DNA of 64,000 bases from an uncultured Collinsella sp. (lineage in GTDB: Bacteria; Actinomycetota; Coriobacteriia; Coriobacteriales; Coriobacteriaceae): NCBI GenBank assembly GCA_900759045.1, contig CAAETU010000048.1, positions 10,888 to 74,887 of the forward strand. Direction: 5' to 3'. The first letter of the stretch is position 1. The number at the start of each line of letters is the position of its first letter. Below, in pieces: positions 1 through 9,398 of this stretch. The position numbers and the translations under genes were made by a program. The notes under the pieces are model-generated. The model searched no databases. It saw only the letters and a list, made by a program, of their open reading frames with translations, and was not told the DNA's origin.

Positions 1-1
1 C

Positions 2-337
2 CACGATGCCCTTCCCACCGACGTCTGGGATCCGGGCGAGGATTTGGTCCCATTTGGTGGAGAAGGAAGTCATGCCCTGCAGGAGCGAATGGTAGGCACC
101 CTCACCAATCTCATGGGCGTCGAGGGCATCGAAACCCTCCTAGCAGTAAGCCACGGCAGCGCCAGCCGCCAATTCATTAGGGCTGCAGCCCCAGAGGGCT
201 TCGAGCTCCCAACAAAACTCCCCAACTGCGCCATCATGATCTTCGATTTTGACGAGGAAGATTTGCAAGGAGAGAGTGACAGGCCCCAATGCAAGTTCAC
301 TCTCCAGCAAATAGTGGACCCCCAACAAAGTCATTAG
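2..337 (+). CDS. Histidine phosphatase (phosphoglycerate mutase-like) family protein, 3' part
   Basis: Open frame from the window edge; GGE...LAVSHG...LPNCAI C-terminal motifs of the family. Confidence 0.7.
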   Translation, partial: HDALPTDVWDPGEDLVPFGGEGSHALQERMVGTLTNLMGVEGIETLLAVSHGSASRQFIRAAAPEGFELPTKLPNCAIMIFDFDEEDLQGESDRPQCKFTLQQIVDPQQSH

Positions 338-382
338 CCTGAACGAGCAGAGTTAAGCAGACATCAACGTGTCGTCTCCCGA

Positions 383-519
383 GCTTGGCAGAGGGGCGGC
401 GAAATATATTAAGTTTGTCGCGAGTTCCGCACGCAAAGGAAAGCACTAAATGTGCTTTCCGTCTTGCGCAGGACTGTAGAGCAGCAAACTTAATATATTT
501 CGCCGCCCCTCTGCCAAGC
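383..519. repeat. Long palindromic element with 35-bp perfect inverted repeats and an inner hairpin
   Basis: 383-417 GCTTGGCAGAGGGGCGGCGAAATATATTAAGTTTG is the exact reverse complement of 485-519; inner GGAAAGCAC-TAAAT-GTGCTTTCC. Confidence 0.9.
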
Positions 520-574
520 CCAGGCGACTCCACGCACTTTACCTGCGTAAACAATGTGAGTGAAATATGAATCT

Positions 575-786
575 CGATGGATACGCCCGCAGCCGTGTAT
601 ACTAAACAGCTGTGTGTAACCAGGGGAGTATTCTGGCTGGACAAAATGCCTGCTTAATAGGGTTGTCAGGTAGTCCGGACGCAATACAAGACTGGGGAGC
701 ACGTCGTGTAAGTAGTGGTCCTCTAGGGGCGTACGCTCGGTGGTGTACGCATTGTCCCAAGACCACGCGAGAGTTGGGATCATATC
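575..786 (+). promoter_or_regulatory. Putative promoter (-10 TATACT 598-603) and ~180-nt leader of the rplC operon
   Basis: TATACT hexamer upstream of the first r-protein gene; -35 not clear. Confidence 0.4.
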
Positions 787-1407
787 TTGATCAGCATGAT
801 TCTCGGCCGCAAGATTGGCATGACCCAGGTTTGGGACGAGGACGACAACGTCGTTCCCGTCACGGTCATCCAGGCTGGCCCCTGCGCTGTCTCGCAGGTT
901 AAAACTCAGGCAACCGACGGCTATGACGCCGTCCAGATCGGTTTCGGCGACATCAAGGCCAAGAACGTGAACAAGCCCATGGCTGGTCACTTCGCCAAGG
1001 CCGGCGTCGAGCCTGTCCGCTTCCTTCGTGAGGTCCGCGTCGAGAACGGCGAGGAGCACAAGGTCGGCGAGGTCGTCACCGTCGCTGATTTCGCTGATGT
1101 CGAGAAGGTCGACGTCATCGGTACCTCCAAGGGTAAGGGCTTCCAGGGTCGCATCAAGCGCTGGGGTCAGCGCCGCGGTCCTATGACGCATGGTTCTCAC
1201 TTCCAGCGTCACCCCGGTTCTATCGGTCAGTGCGCCTATCCTGCGCGCGTCCTCAAGGGCGTCAAGATGGCCGGTCACATGGGTAACGAGCGCGTTACCG
1301 TCAAGAACCTTTCCGTTGTCCGCATCGATGCCGAGCAGAACCTCATCTTGGTCAAGGGCGCTGTCCCGGGTGCCAAGAATGGTCTCGTCGCCATCCGTAT
1401 GGCCTAA
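787..1407 (+). CDS. rplC: 50S ribosomal protein L3
   Basis: [29 protein letters not shown] motifs. Confidence 0.98.
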   Translation: MISMILGRKIGMTQVWDEDDNVVPVTVIQAGPCAVSQVKTQATDGYDAVQIGFGDIKAKNVNKPMAGHFAKAGVEPVRFLREVRVENGEEHKVGEVVTVADFADVEKVDVIGTSKGKGFQGRIKRWGQRRGPMTHGSHFQRHPGSIGQCAYPARVLKGVKMAGHMGNERVTVKNLSVVRIDAEQNLILVKGAVPGAKNGLVAIRMA

Positions 1408-1453
1408 GGGCCCAGCCCATTTAGCCCAGCGTCATACCAAGGAGAACACTTAA

Positions 1454-2080
1454 ATGGCAAAGTTTGAAGTAAAGAACAGCGAGGGCAAGAAGGTCGCCGA
1501 GGCCGAGCTCGCCGCTGAGGTGTACGGCATCGAGCCGAACATCCACGTTATGCACCACATCGTCAAGTGCCAGATGGCCTCTTGGCGTCAGGGCACCCAG
1601 TCCGCTAAGGGCCGCTCTGAGGTTTCCGGTGGTGGCAAGAAGCCTTGGCGTCAGAAGGGCACCGGCCGTGCCCGCCAGGGTTCCATCCGTGCTGCCCAGT
1701 GGCGTCACGGTGGCGTTGTCTTCGCCCCCAAGCCCCGTTCCTACGCTAAGCGTATGAACAACAAGGAGGTCAAGCTGGCTATGCGCTCCGCGCTGTCCGC
1801 CAAGCTGGCCGATGGCGAGCTCGTGCTCGTCGACGACTACGGCTTCGAGAAGCCTTCCACCAAGGCTGCCGTCGCCATGCTCAAGGCTCTCGGCCTTGAG
1901 GGCAAGCGTCTGACCATCATCGTTCGCGATGAGGACGTCAACGCCTACCTGTCGTTCCGCAACATTCCCAAGACGTTCATCATCACTGCCGACGAGGCCA
2001 ACACCTACGATCTCGTCAACAACAACGCCGTGCTGATGCCCGCCGACATCGCCGCTCACTTCGGGGAGGTGCTTGCATAA
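1454..2080 (+). CDS. rplD: 50S ribosomal protein L4
   Basis: RSEVSGGGKKPWRQKGTGRARQGS. Confidence 0.98.
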   Translation: MAKFEVKNSEGKKVAEAELAAEVYGIEPNIHVMHHIVKCQMASWRQGTQSAKGRSEVSGGGKKPWRQKGTGRARQGSIRAAQWRHGGVVFAPKPRSYAKRMNNKEVKLAMRSALSAKLADGELVLVDDYGFEKPSTKAAVAMLKALGLEGKRLTIIVRDEDVNAYLSFRNIPKTFIITADEANTYDLVNNNAVLMPADIAAHFGEVLA

Positions 2081-2368
2081 ATGACCGCCCACGAGATCAT
2101 CATCCGTCCGATCGTGTCCGAGCGTTCCTTCTCCGGCATGGAGCAGAACAAGTACACGTTCGAGGTCGCCAAGGATGCTAACAAGTATCAGATCAAGGAC
2201 GCTGTCGAGGAGATCTTCGGCGTCAAGGTCGTTCGCGTGAACACCCTGACGGTCAAGCCCAAGACCAAGCGCGTGCGCTATGTCGCCGGCAAGACCCGTT
2301 CTTGGAAGAAGGCCATCGTCACGCTGGCCGAGGGCGACACCATCGAGGTCTTTGGCAACCAGGCCTAA
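2081..2368 (+). CDS. rplW: 50S ribosomal protein L23
   Basis: IIRPIVSE, ANKYQIKDAVE, WKKAIVTL. Confidence 0.98.
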   Translation: MTAHEIIIRPIVSERSFSGMEQNKYTFEVAKDANKYQIKDAVEEIFGVKVVRVNTLTVKPKTKRVRYVAGKTRSWKKAIVTLAEGDTIEVFGNQA

Positions 2369-2547
2369 GACTCGCTGCTGTTGAGTGAGCTCATGCCTCC
2401 CAAATAGGGGAGGCGAGAGCTCAAGGTTTTGGGCGTATAAAGTGGACACGCCCGGAACCGTGTATACGTCCGGTGTCATCGCACCCGAGGCAGAACCTCG
2501 AATCCCTGTCTGCGATGGCTAACGGATTCCTATTGAAAGGGATTGTA

Positions 2548-3378
2548 ATGGCTGTAAAGCACCTTAAGCCGACCTCCGCTGGTAGGCGTTGGCAGACGAT
2601 CTCCGACTTCTCCGAGATCACCTGCACCAAGCCCGAGAAGTCTCTTCTCGAGCCCCTGCCCAAGAAGGCCGGTCGTAACAACAACGGCCGCATCACCACC
2701 CGCCACCAGGGCGGCGGCGTGAAGCGTCGTTACCGCGTGATCGACTTCAAGCGCAACAAGGACGGCGTGCCCGCCAAGGTTGCCACGATCGAGTACGATC
2801 CGAACCGTTCCGCTCGCATCGCTCTGCTGCACTACGCTGACGGTGAAAAGCGCTACATCCTGGCCCCCAAGGGCCTCGAGGTCGGTCAGACCATCATGTC
2901 CGGTTCTGACGCCGACATCAAGCCGGGCAACGCTCTACCCCTCGCCGACATCCCCGTCGGTACGCTCATCCACGCCGTCGAGTTCCAGCCGGGCAAGGGC
3001 GCCGCTATCGCCCGTTCCGCCGGTAACTCCTGCCAGCTGATGGGTAAGGAGGGCAAGTACGCTATCGTCCGTATGCCTTCCTCCGAGATGCGCCGCATCC
3101 TCGTTACCTGCCGCGCCACCGTCGGTGAGGTCGGCAACGCCGATCACTCCAACATCGTCATCGGCAAGGCCGGCCGTAAGCGTCACATGAACGTGCGCCC
3201 GACCGTCCGCGGTACCGTCATGAACCCTGTCGACCACCCGCACGGCGGTGGCGAGGGCAAGAACCACACCTCTGGTCGTCCCTCTGTTACCCCCTGGGGT
3301 AAGCCGACGAAGGGCCTTCGTACGCGCAAGAAGAAGAAGGTCTCGAACCAGCACATCATTCGTCGCCGTAAGAAGTAA
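2548..3378 (+). CDS. rplB: 50S ribosomal protein L2
   Basis: [35 protein letters not shown]; start moved to ATG 2548 after GAAAGG RBS. Confidence 0.98.
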   Translation: MAVKHLKPTSAGRRWQTISDFSEITCTKPEKSLLEPLPKKAGRNNNGRITTRHQGGGVKRRYRVIDFKRNKDGVPAKVATIEYDPNRSARIALLHYADGEKRYILAPKGLEVGQTIMSGSDADIKPGNALPLADIPVGTLIHAVEFQPGKGAAIARSAGNSCQLMGKEGKYAIVRMPSSEMRRILVTCRATVGEVGNADHSNIVIGKAGRKRHMNVRPTVRGTVMNPVDHPHGGGEGKNHTSGRPSVTPWGKPTKGLRTRKKKKVSNQHIIRRRKK

Positions 3379-3410
3379 TTTCGGATACCGAGTTTTAGGA
3401 GAAAGCACTT

Positions 3411-3671
3411 ATGAGCAGAAGTCTCAAAAAGGGCCCGTTCGTGGAGACTCGCCTTCTCTCGCGTATCACCGCGATGAACGAGGCTGGCAAGAAGGACGTC
3501 GTGAAGACCTGGTCCCGCGCGTCCACCATCTTCCCCGAGATGGTTGGTCACACCATCGCCGTCCACGACGGCCGCAAGCATGTGCCCGTGTATGTTACCG
3601 AGTCCATGGTTGGTCACAAGCTCGGCGAGTTCGCGCCGACTCGTACGTTCCGTGGCCACAAGGCCAAATAG
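3411..3671 (+). CDS. rpsS: 30S ribosomal protein S19
   Basis: [22 protein letters not shown]. Confidence 0.98.
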   Translation: MSRSLKKGPFVETRLLSRITAMNEAGKKDVVKTWSRASTIFPEMVGHTIAVHDGRKHVPVYVTESMVGHKLGEFAPTRTFRGHKAK

Positions 3672-3685
3672 GGGGTTAACCGTAA

Positions 3686-4057
3686 ATGGCAACTAAGTCT
3701 ATTGAAACTGAGGCCACCGAGGTTCGCGCCGTCGCTAAGTACGTGCGTGTTTCCCCCAGCAAGGCCCGCCTGGTGGTCGATCTGATCCGCCGCAAGCCTG
3801 TCGCTCAGGCCTTCGACATCCTCCACTTCTGCGACCGCGCCGTCGCCGTGGATGTCGAGAAGGTTCTCCGTTCCGCCGTTGCGAACGCCGAGAACAACAA
3901 CGGTCTGCGTGCCGACAACCTGGTTGTCGCCGCTGCCTATGTTGACGAGGGTCCGACGCTTAAGCGCATCCGTCCCCGCGCCAAGGGTTCCGCTTCTCGC
4001 ATTCTGAAGCGTACTTCCCACATCACCGTCGTCGTTGCTCCTCGAAAGGAGGCGTAA
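3686..4057 (+). CDS. rplV: 50S ribosomal protein L22
   Basis: [27 protein letters not shown]. Confidence 0.98.
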   Translation: MATKSIETEATEVRAVAKYVRVSPSKARLVVDLIRRKPVAQAFDILHFCDRAVAVDVEKVLRSAVANAENNNGLRADNLVVAAAYVDEGPTLKRIRPRAKGSASRILKRTSHITVVVAPRKEA

Positions 4058-4063
4058 AGCTGT

Positions 4064-4774
4064 ATGGGTCAGAAAGTCTACCCCACCGGCTTCCGTCTTG
4101 GCATCACCGAGAACTGGCGCTCCCGCTGGTTCGCAGAGAAGGATTACGCTAAGACCCTCGGTAACGATCTCGAGATCCGCAAGTACCTCGAGAAGCGTCT
4201 TTCCCGCGCAGCTGTCTCCCGCGTCGAGATCGAGCGCGCTGGCGACAAGGTGAAGGTTATCATCCTCACCGCTCGCCCCGGCGTTGTCATCGGTAAGAAG
4301 GGTGCCGAGATCGATACCCTTCGCACCGAGCTCGAGAAGGTCGCTGGCGTCTCCAAGGGCCAGCTCTCCGTCGACGTTGTCGAGATCAAGCGCCCCGAGC
4401 TCGACGCCAACCTCGTTGCTCAGTCCATCGCTGAGCAGCTCGAGGGCCGCGTTGCCTTCCGTCGCGCTATGCGCAAGGCTGTCCAGTCCGCCCGCAAGGC
4501 CGGCGCTAAGGGCATCCGTATCCAGTGCTCCGGTCGTCTCGGCGGTGCCGAGATGGGCCGTCGTGAGTGGTACCGTGAGGGTCGCGTGCCTCTGCACACC
4601 CTCCGTGCCAAGATCGACTACGGCACGGCTGTCGCCAGCACCACCATGGGCGCTTGCGGCGTGAAGGTCTGGATCTACCTGGGCGAGAAGCTCCCGGGCC
4701 AGCCTGTTCCCAACCCTGCACTCGAGGGCTCTTCCCGTCCTCGTCGTCGTAACTCCGAGAGGAGGGGTCAGTAG
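4064..4774 (+). CDS. rpsC: 30S ribosomal protein S3
   Basis: [23 protein letters not shown]. Confidence 0.98.
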   Translation: MGQKVYPTGFRLGITENWRSRWFAEKDYAKTLGNDLEIRKYLEKRLSRAAVSRVEIERAGDKVKVIILTARPGVVIGKKGAEIDTLRTELEKVAGVSKGQLSVDVVEIKRPELDANLVAQSIAEQLEGRVAFRRAMRKAVQSARKAGAKGIRIQCSGRLGGAEMGRREWYREGRVPLHTLRAKIDYGTAVASTTMGACGVKVWIYLGEKLPGQPVPNPALEGSSRPRRRNSERRGQ

Positions 4775-5277
4775 TGCTTGCCCCTAAGCGTATTCTTCAC
4801 CGCAAGGTGCAGCGTGGCTCCATGAAGGGCCAGGCCAAGGGTAATACCGAGCTGCATTTCGGCGAGTTTGGTATCCAGGCTCTCGAGGCCCATTGGATCA
4901 CCAACCGTCAGATCGAGGCCGCTCGTATTGCCATGACCCGCTACATGAAGCGTGGCGGTCGTGTCTATATCACGATCTTCCCCGATAAGCCCATCACCAA
5001 GAAGCCTGCCGAGACTCGCATGGGTTCTGGTAAGGGTAACCCCGAGGAGTGGGTGGCCGTCGTCAAGCCCGGCCGCATCATGTTCGAGGTCAAGGGCGTG
5101 CCCGAGGAGGTCGCTCGCGAGGCTTTGCGTCTTGCACAGCACAAGCTTCCCATCAAGACCAAGATTGTTGCTGCCAAGAACGCTGAGCAGCGCATCGAGA
5201 AGGAGATGGCTGAGGAGGCCGCTCTCGAGGCCAAGTGGGCTGCTGAGGACGCCGCCGCCGCCAAGGAGGAGAACTAA
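4774..5277 (+). CDS. rplP: 50S ribosomal protein L16 with acidic Ala-rich C-terminal extension
   Basis: [17 protein letters not shown]. Confidence 0.97.
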   Translation: MLAPKRILHRKVQRGSMKGQAKGNTELHFGEFGIQALEAHWITNRQIEAARIAMTRYMKRGGRVYITIFPDKPITKKPAETRMGSGKGNPEEWVAVVKPGRIMFEVKGVPEEVAREALRLAQHKLPIKTKIVAAKNAEQRIEKEMAEEAALEAKWAAEDAAAAKEEN

Positions 5278-5492
5278 TGAAGCCCGCAGAGATTCGTGAG
5301 CTCTCGGACGCTCAGCTCGTTGAGAAGCTGAAGGAAATGCGCGCCGAGCTCTTTAACCTTCGTTTCCAGATGGCCACCAGCCAGCTGGACAACACCGCTC
5401 GCGTCAACACCGTGAAGAAGGACATCGCTCGCGTCCTCACGGAGCAGCGCGCCCGCGAGATCGCAGCGGAGAAGTCCGCTGTCGCCGAGTAG
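5277..5492 (+). CDS. rpmC: 50S ribosomal protein L29
   Basis: ELFNLRFQ, KKDIARVLT. Confidence 0.97.
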   Translation: MKPAEIRELSDAQLVEKLKEMRAELFNLRFQMATSQLDNTARVNTVKKDIARVLTEQRAREIAAEKSAVAE

Positions 5493-5508
5493 GACCTAAG
5501 GAGAGAAC

Positions 5509-5769
5509 ATGACTGATTCGCGTAACTCGCGTAAGGTCCGTACGGGTGTCGTTACCTCCGTCTCCGGTGCCAAGACCATCGTTGTCACTATCACCGAGCG
5601 CAAGCGTCACCCCAAGTACGGCAAGATGATGACCAGCTCCAAGAAGCTGCACGCTCACGACGAGGAGTGCACGGCTGGCGTGGGCGATACCGTCCGCGTT
5701 ATGGAGACCCGTCCTATGTCCAAGATGAAGCGTTGGCGCCTCATCGAGGTCGTCGAGCGCGCTAAATAA
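5509..5769 (+). CDS. rpsQ: 30S ribosomal protein S17
   Basis: HPKYGK, AHDE, ETRPMSKMKRW. Confidence 0.98.
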   Translation: MTDSRNSRKVRTGVVTSVSGAKTIVVTITERKRHPKYGKMMTSSKKLHAHDEECTAGVGDTVRVMETRPMSKMKRWRLIEVVERAK

Positions 5770-5887
5770 GCAGTCGCTCTTACGACTTGTACGTTTCCGA
5801 AGATGTGCGTATGCCTGGCTTGCATACCACGGGCCGCATAAGGGCTGCGCACCTCTCTTCGGTTCTTAGTTCGGAGGAACATCTACC

Positions 5888-6256
5888 ATGATTCAGATGC
5901 AAACCATGCTGAACGTCGCCGACAACTCCGGCGCTCGCAAGATTCGCTGCATCAAGGTGCTTGGCGGTTCCAAGCGTCGTTATGCAGGCATCGGCGATGT
6001 GTTCATCGGTGCTGTCCAGGAGGCTACCCCTGGCGCCAACGTCAAGAAGAAGGACGTTGTCCGTTGCGTCGTCGTTCGCACCGTTAAGGAGATCCGCCGC
6101 AAGGATGGCTCCTACATTCGCTTTGATGAGAACGCCTGCGTTGTCATCAACAACGATGGTTCGCCCGTCGGCACCCGTATCTTCGGGCCCGTCGCTCGCG
6201 AGCTTCGTGACAAGAAGTACATGAAGATCGTCTCGCTCGCTCCCGAGACCCTGTAG
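5888..6256 (+). CDS. rplN: 50S ribosomal protein L14
   Basis: [19 protein letters not shown]. Confidence 0.98.
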   Translation: MIQMQTMLNVADNSGARKIRCIKVLGGSKRRYAGIGDVFIGAVQEATPGANVKKKDVVRCVVVRTVKEIRRKDGSYIRFDENACVVINNDGSPVGTRIFGPVARELRDKKYMKIVSLAPETL

Positions 6257-6269
6257 TTAGGGGAGATAT

Positions 6270-6575
6270 ATGTATATCAAGAAGGGCGATAAGGTCCAGG
6301 TTCTCTCTGGTAAGGATCGCGGCAAGCAGGGCGTTGTCCTGCGTGCTCTCCCCGCCGAGAACAAGGTCGTTGTCGAGGGCGTTTCGGTCGTCAAGAAGGC
6401 CGTCAAGCCCAACGCTGCCAACCAGCAGGGCGGCATCGTTTCGCAGGAGGCTCCCATCGACGCCTCCAACGTCAATCTCGTTTGCCCCGAGTGCGGTAAG
6501 GTTACCCGCGTCGGTCACGAGAAGGACGGCAAGAACAAGCTGCGCGTCTGCAAGAAGTGCGGCCACAAGTTCTAA
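6270..6575 (+). CDS. rplX: 50S ribosomal protein L24 (CxxC...CxxC form)
   Basis: KOW motif [26 protein letters not shown]. Confidence 0.98.
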   Translation: MYIKKGDKVQVLSGKDRGKQGVVLRALPAENKVVVEGVSVVKKAVKPNAANQQGGIVSQEAPIDASNVNLVCPECGKVTRVGHEKDGKNKLRVCKKCGHKF

Positions 6576-6602
6576 GCTGCCCGCAACAGTTAAGTTGCTA
6601 GC

Positions 6603-6636
6603 AAAGGCCCGGATGCTACGGCATCCGGGCCTTTTT
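6603..6636 (+). terminator. Intrinsic terminator after rplX
   Basis: AAAGGCCCGGATGC-TACG-GCATCCGGGCCTTTTT. Confidence 0.9.
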
Positions 6637-6644
6637 CTATCCCT

Positions 6645-6780
6645 ACTCATTGGGGACTCATTGGGGACAGACATAAATGAGTGGCCGTTGATTGGCAGTC
6701 ATTGGGGACATACTCATTGGGGACAGACTTAAATGAGTGGTCGTCGCTTGGCATTCATTGGGGACAGGCTTAAATGAGTG
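6645..6780. repeat. Cluster of REP-like hairpins ACTCATT-GGGGACAG(A/G)C(A/T)TA-AATGAGT (3 full, 2 partial)
   Basis: TCATTGGGGAC occurs five times; full units at ~6656, 6712, 6753. Confidence 0.85.
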
Positions 6781-6816
6781 CCGTTGAAACGCCGGTAGCT
6801 GGGGACGTTACCTATG

Positions 6817-6850
6817 TGCCGGCAGATAGGGAAGTCCCTATCTGCCGGCA
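6817..6850. repeat. Perfect 16-bp inverted repeat
   Basis: TGCCGGCAGATAGGGA-AG-TCCCTATCTGCCGGCA. Confidence 0.8.
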
Positions 6851-7144
6851 GTTTGGGACAGTCCTTTGATGGCTGCGCCCCCCAGAGGGGTGGAGTAATA
6901 CAGCCTACTCGGTCTTTTATGGCTATGGTGTTCCGCCCCTTTATCTTTCACAAGGATCGTTGCATGCGCATTTACGCGCATAGGTTTGCGCGATAATGCG
7001 CATAACCGCGCAAATATCTGCCAACTATGGCTAAATAATGACCGATAAGCAAATAAGCACGCAAACACGAGCAGATACGCGCGCAATTGTGCGAATATAG
7101 GGTTGTTAGAAATGAAGGACTTCCGATAACTCAGGAGGCACATC

Positions 7145-8224
7145 ATGGTAGATTCCAAACAGGCTCCGCTCGACGCCGAGGCAGCCGCAAAGGCGGCGTT
7201 TGCCTCGGTCCAGGATCAGCCGTTCCCCAACGATATTTTTACGGCCCCCGAGCTCCGCTGGGCTGTGATCGGTTGCGGTGTTATCGCCAACCAGATGGCC
7301 CAGTCTCTCGTTCTTGCCGGCCGCAAGCTTGCGGGCGTCGCCAACCGTACGCTGTCCAAGGCTCAGGCTTTTGCTGAGCAGTATGGCATCGAGAAGGTCT
7401 ATGAAACGGTCGAGGACCTCTACGCCGATCCGAACATTGACGCAGTCTATATCACCACGCCGCACAACACTCACATCACCTACCTGCGATCCGCTCTGGC
7501 AGCCGGTAAGCATGTGCTCTGCGAGAAGGCCATTACCCTCAATTCCGCTGAGCTTGACGAGGCCCGCGCCATTGCCGACGAGCACAACGTGGTCCTCATG
7601 GACGCCACCACGGTGCTCCACATGCCTTTGTATCAGGAGCTGCGTCGCCGCATGGATGTCGGTGAGTTCGGCCGCATGAATCTCGCCCAGCTCAACTTTG
7701 GCAGCTACAAGGAGTACGGCGATCTGACCAATCGCTTCTACAACCGCAACCTTGCTGGCGGCGCCATGCTCGACATTGGTGTCTATGCCCTGTCCGTTAT
7801 GCGCCTCTTTATGGCCAGCCAGCCCGCTGAGGTCGTGTCTCTGGGCAATACCTGCGAGACTGGCGTTGACGTCGCGGGTGGCATTGTCTGCCGTAACGCC
7901 GAGCAGCAGCTGGGTGTTGTGAGCCTTACGCTCCACTCCAAGCAGCCCAAGCGATCTGTCATCAGCTTTGACAAATGCTATATCGAGGTCAACGAGTATC
8001 CGCGTGCCGATCACGCGACCATCGTGTGGACTGCGGACGGCCACCGCGAGGAGGTCCACGCCGGCACCGAGGCTTACGCCCTTTGCTATGAGATGGCTGA
8101 TCTTGAGAAGGCCGTTGCCGGCGACGACTCCAAGCGCGAGCTGCTGGATTATGCTTCTGATGTTATGGAACTTATGACCAAGCTTCGCGCCGACTGGGGA
8201 GTCGTGTACCCCGAGGAGGAGTAA
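7145..8224 (+). CDS. Gfo/Idh/MocA family NAD(P)-dependent oxidoreductase
   Basis: WAVIGCGVIA Rossmann motif, DAVYITTP, GKHVLCEKA, GGAMLDIGVY. Confidence 0.93.
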   Translation: MVDSKQAPLDAEAAAKAAFASVQDQPFPNDIFTAPELRWAVIGCGVIANQMAQSLVLAGRKLAGVANRTLSKAQAFAEQYGIEKVYETVEDLYADPNIDAVYITTPHNTHITYLRSALAAGKHVLCEKAITLNSAELDEARAIADEHNVVLMDATTVLHMPLYQELRRRMDVGEFGRMNLAQLNFGSYKEYGDLTNRFYNRNLAGGAMLDIGVYALSVMRLFMASQPAEVVSLGNTCETGVDVAGGIVCRNAEQQLGVVSLTLHSKQPKRSVISFDKCYIEVNEYPRADHATIVWTADGHREEVHAGTEAYALCYEMADLEKAVAGDDSKRELLDYASDVMELMTKLRADWGVVYPEEE

Positions 8225-8227
8225 GCG

Positions 8228-8974
8228 ATGCTAGCGGAAGATAGGCTCAATGCGATTGTGTCGATGGTGCAGCAGGCTGGCTCGGTTACTGTGCCAGAGC
8301 TTGCCGATACCCTGGGCGTGACGGCGTCTACCATTCGGCGCGACCTGCAGACGCTCGACCGAGCGCACCGCATCGCCAAGGTCCACGGCGGAGCGACGAG
8401 TCTTGAGCGCGCGCACGTGACGCGTGACCTAACGCTCAATGAGCGCAGCGACCTCCATAACGACGACAAGGAGCGTATCTGCGCCCGTGCGGCGGCGCTT
8501 GTGGAGCCCGAGAGCTTTGTATACATCGACTCGGGCTCGACGACGCTCAAGCTCATCGAGCATCTTCCACACCTTGAAGATGTCACCTATGTGACCGATT
8601 CCGTGCTCCATGCTCAGCGCCTTGCTTTGCGCGGCATGCGTACCGTGGTGCTGGGCGGCGAGCTCAAACCCGAGACCGAGGCGCTCGTTGGCCCCGATAC
8701 TTTGGCAACCCTGGACCGTTACAACTTCAATTGTGGCTTTTGGGGTTCTAACGGCATTGCCGCCGAGCAGGGCTTCACGGCGCCCGATATCGAGGAAGCA
8801 CAGGTCAAGCGTATCTCGATGCGCCATACCGCCAAACGCTTCGTAATCTCGGACGCCAGTAAATTTGGCATGGTGGCGCCCGTCAAGTTCGCGGACTTCC
8901 GCGACGCAACGATTATTACCGCAGGCGAGGTCCCCGCCAAGTACCGGGCAATGGACAACGTCATCACTGTCTAA
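8228..8974 (+). CDS. DeoR/GlpR family transcriptional regulator (FruR-like)
   Basis: HTH STIRRDL, KVHGGA, IDSGSTT, DASKFG. Confidence 0.95.
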   Translation: MLAEDRLNAIVSMVQQAGSVTVPELADTLGVTASTIRRDLQTLDRAHRIAKVHGGATSLERAHVTRDLTLNERSDLHNDDKERICARAAALVEPESFVYIDSGSTTLKLIEHLPHLEDVTYVTDSVLHAQRLALRGMRTVVLGGELKPETEALVGPDTLATLDRYNFNCGFWGSNGIAAEQGFTAPDIEEAQVKRISMRHTAKRFVISDASKFGMVAPVKFADFRDATIITAGEVPAKYRAMDNVITV

Positions 8975-8988
8975 CAGCGAGACAAGGC

Positions 8989-9028
8989 CAAAACCACCAC
9001 GAAGGTGCCTGTCCCCATTGTGGTGGTT
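8989..9028. repeat. REP-like hairpin AACCACCAC...GTGGTGGTT with CTGTCCCC loop, copy 1
   Basis: 40-bp direct repeat of 9359-9398 (1 mismatch). Confidence 0.85.
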
Positions 9029-9058
9029 AGTAACGAAAACCGAGTAGTTTTCTCAATA

Positions 9059-9097
9059 GAAAAGCGGCAACGTCCATCACGGGCGTTGCCGCTTTCG
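9059..9097. terminator. Probable bidirectional terminator between the convergent DeoR and RluA-family genes
   Basis: AAAGCGGCAACGTCC-ATCAC-GGGCGTTGCCGCTTT. Confidence 0.75.
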
Positions 9098-9112
9098 TTG
9101 TCTGCCGGTTTG

Positions 9113-9328
9113 TCTAAGTCTGTAACAACTGGACCGTTAAAAGTGGGCTAGGTGTTACAGATTGAGATACTTCCGAACCGCGCCGTCCCTTTGTCTCAAT
9201 CTGTAACATCTGGGACTGATTTTGCCGAGCTACTGTTACAGATTGAGATTTTCCCTTAAGGGGGATTTGAATGTCTCGATCTGTAACAGATAGACCGGAA
9301 AATGGGTTCTAACTGTTACAGATCGAGA
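9113..9328. repeat. Array of six alternately inverted 15-bp motifs TCTC(A/G)ATCTGTAACA at ~40-bp period
   Basis: Copies at 9113, 9153, 9194, 9234, 9274, 9314 with unrelated 25-26-nt spacers. Confidence 0.9.
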
Positions 9329-9358
9329 CGTTTTGGGACCGCGGTTGAACCATTGCGG

Positions 9359-9398
9359 CAAAACCACCACAAAGGTGCCTGTCCCCATTGTGGTGGTT
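9359..9398. repeat. REP-like hairpin with CTGTCCCC loop, copy 2
   Basis: Direct repeat of 8989-9028. Confidence 0.85.

Noticed and set aside
9113..9328. 40-bp array as a mini-CRISPR
   Set aside because: The 15-bp motifs alternate in orientation; CRISPR repeats are direct and longer.
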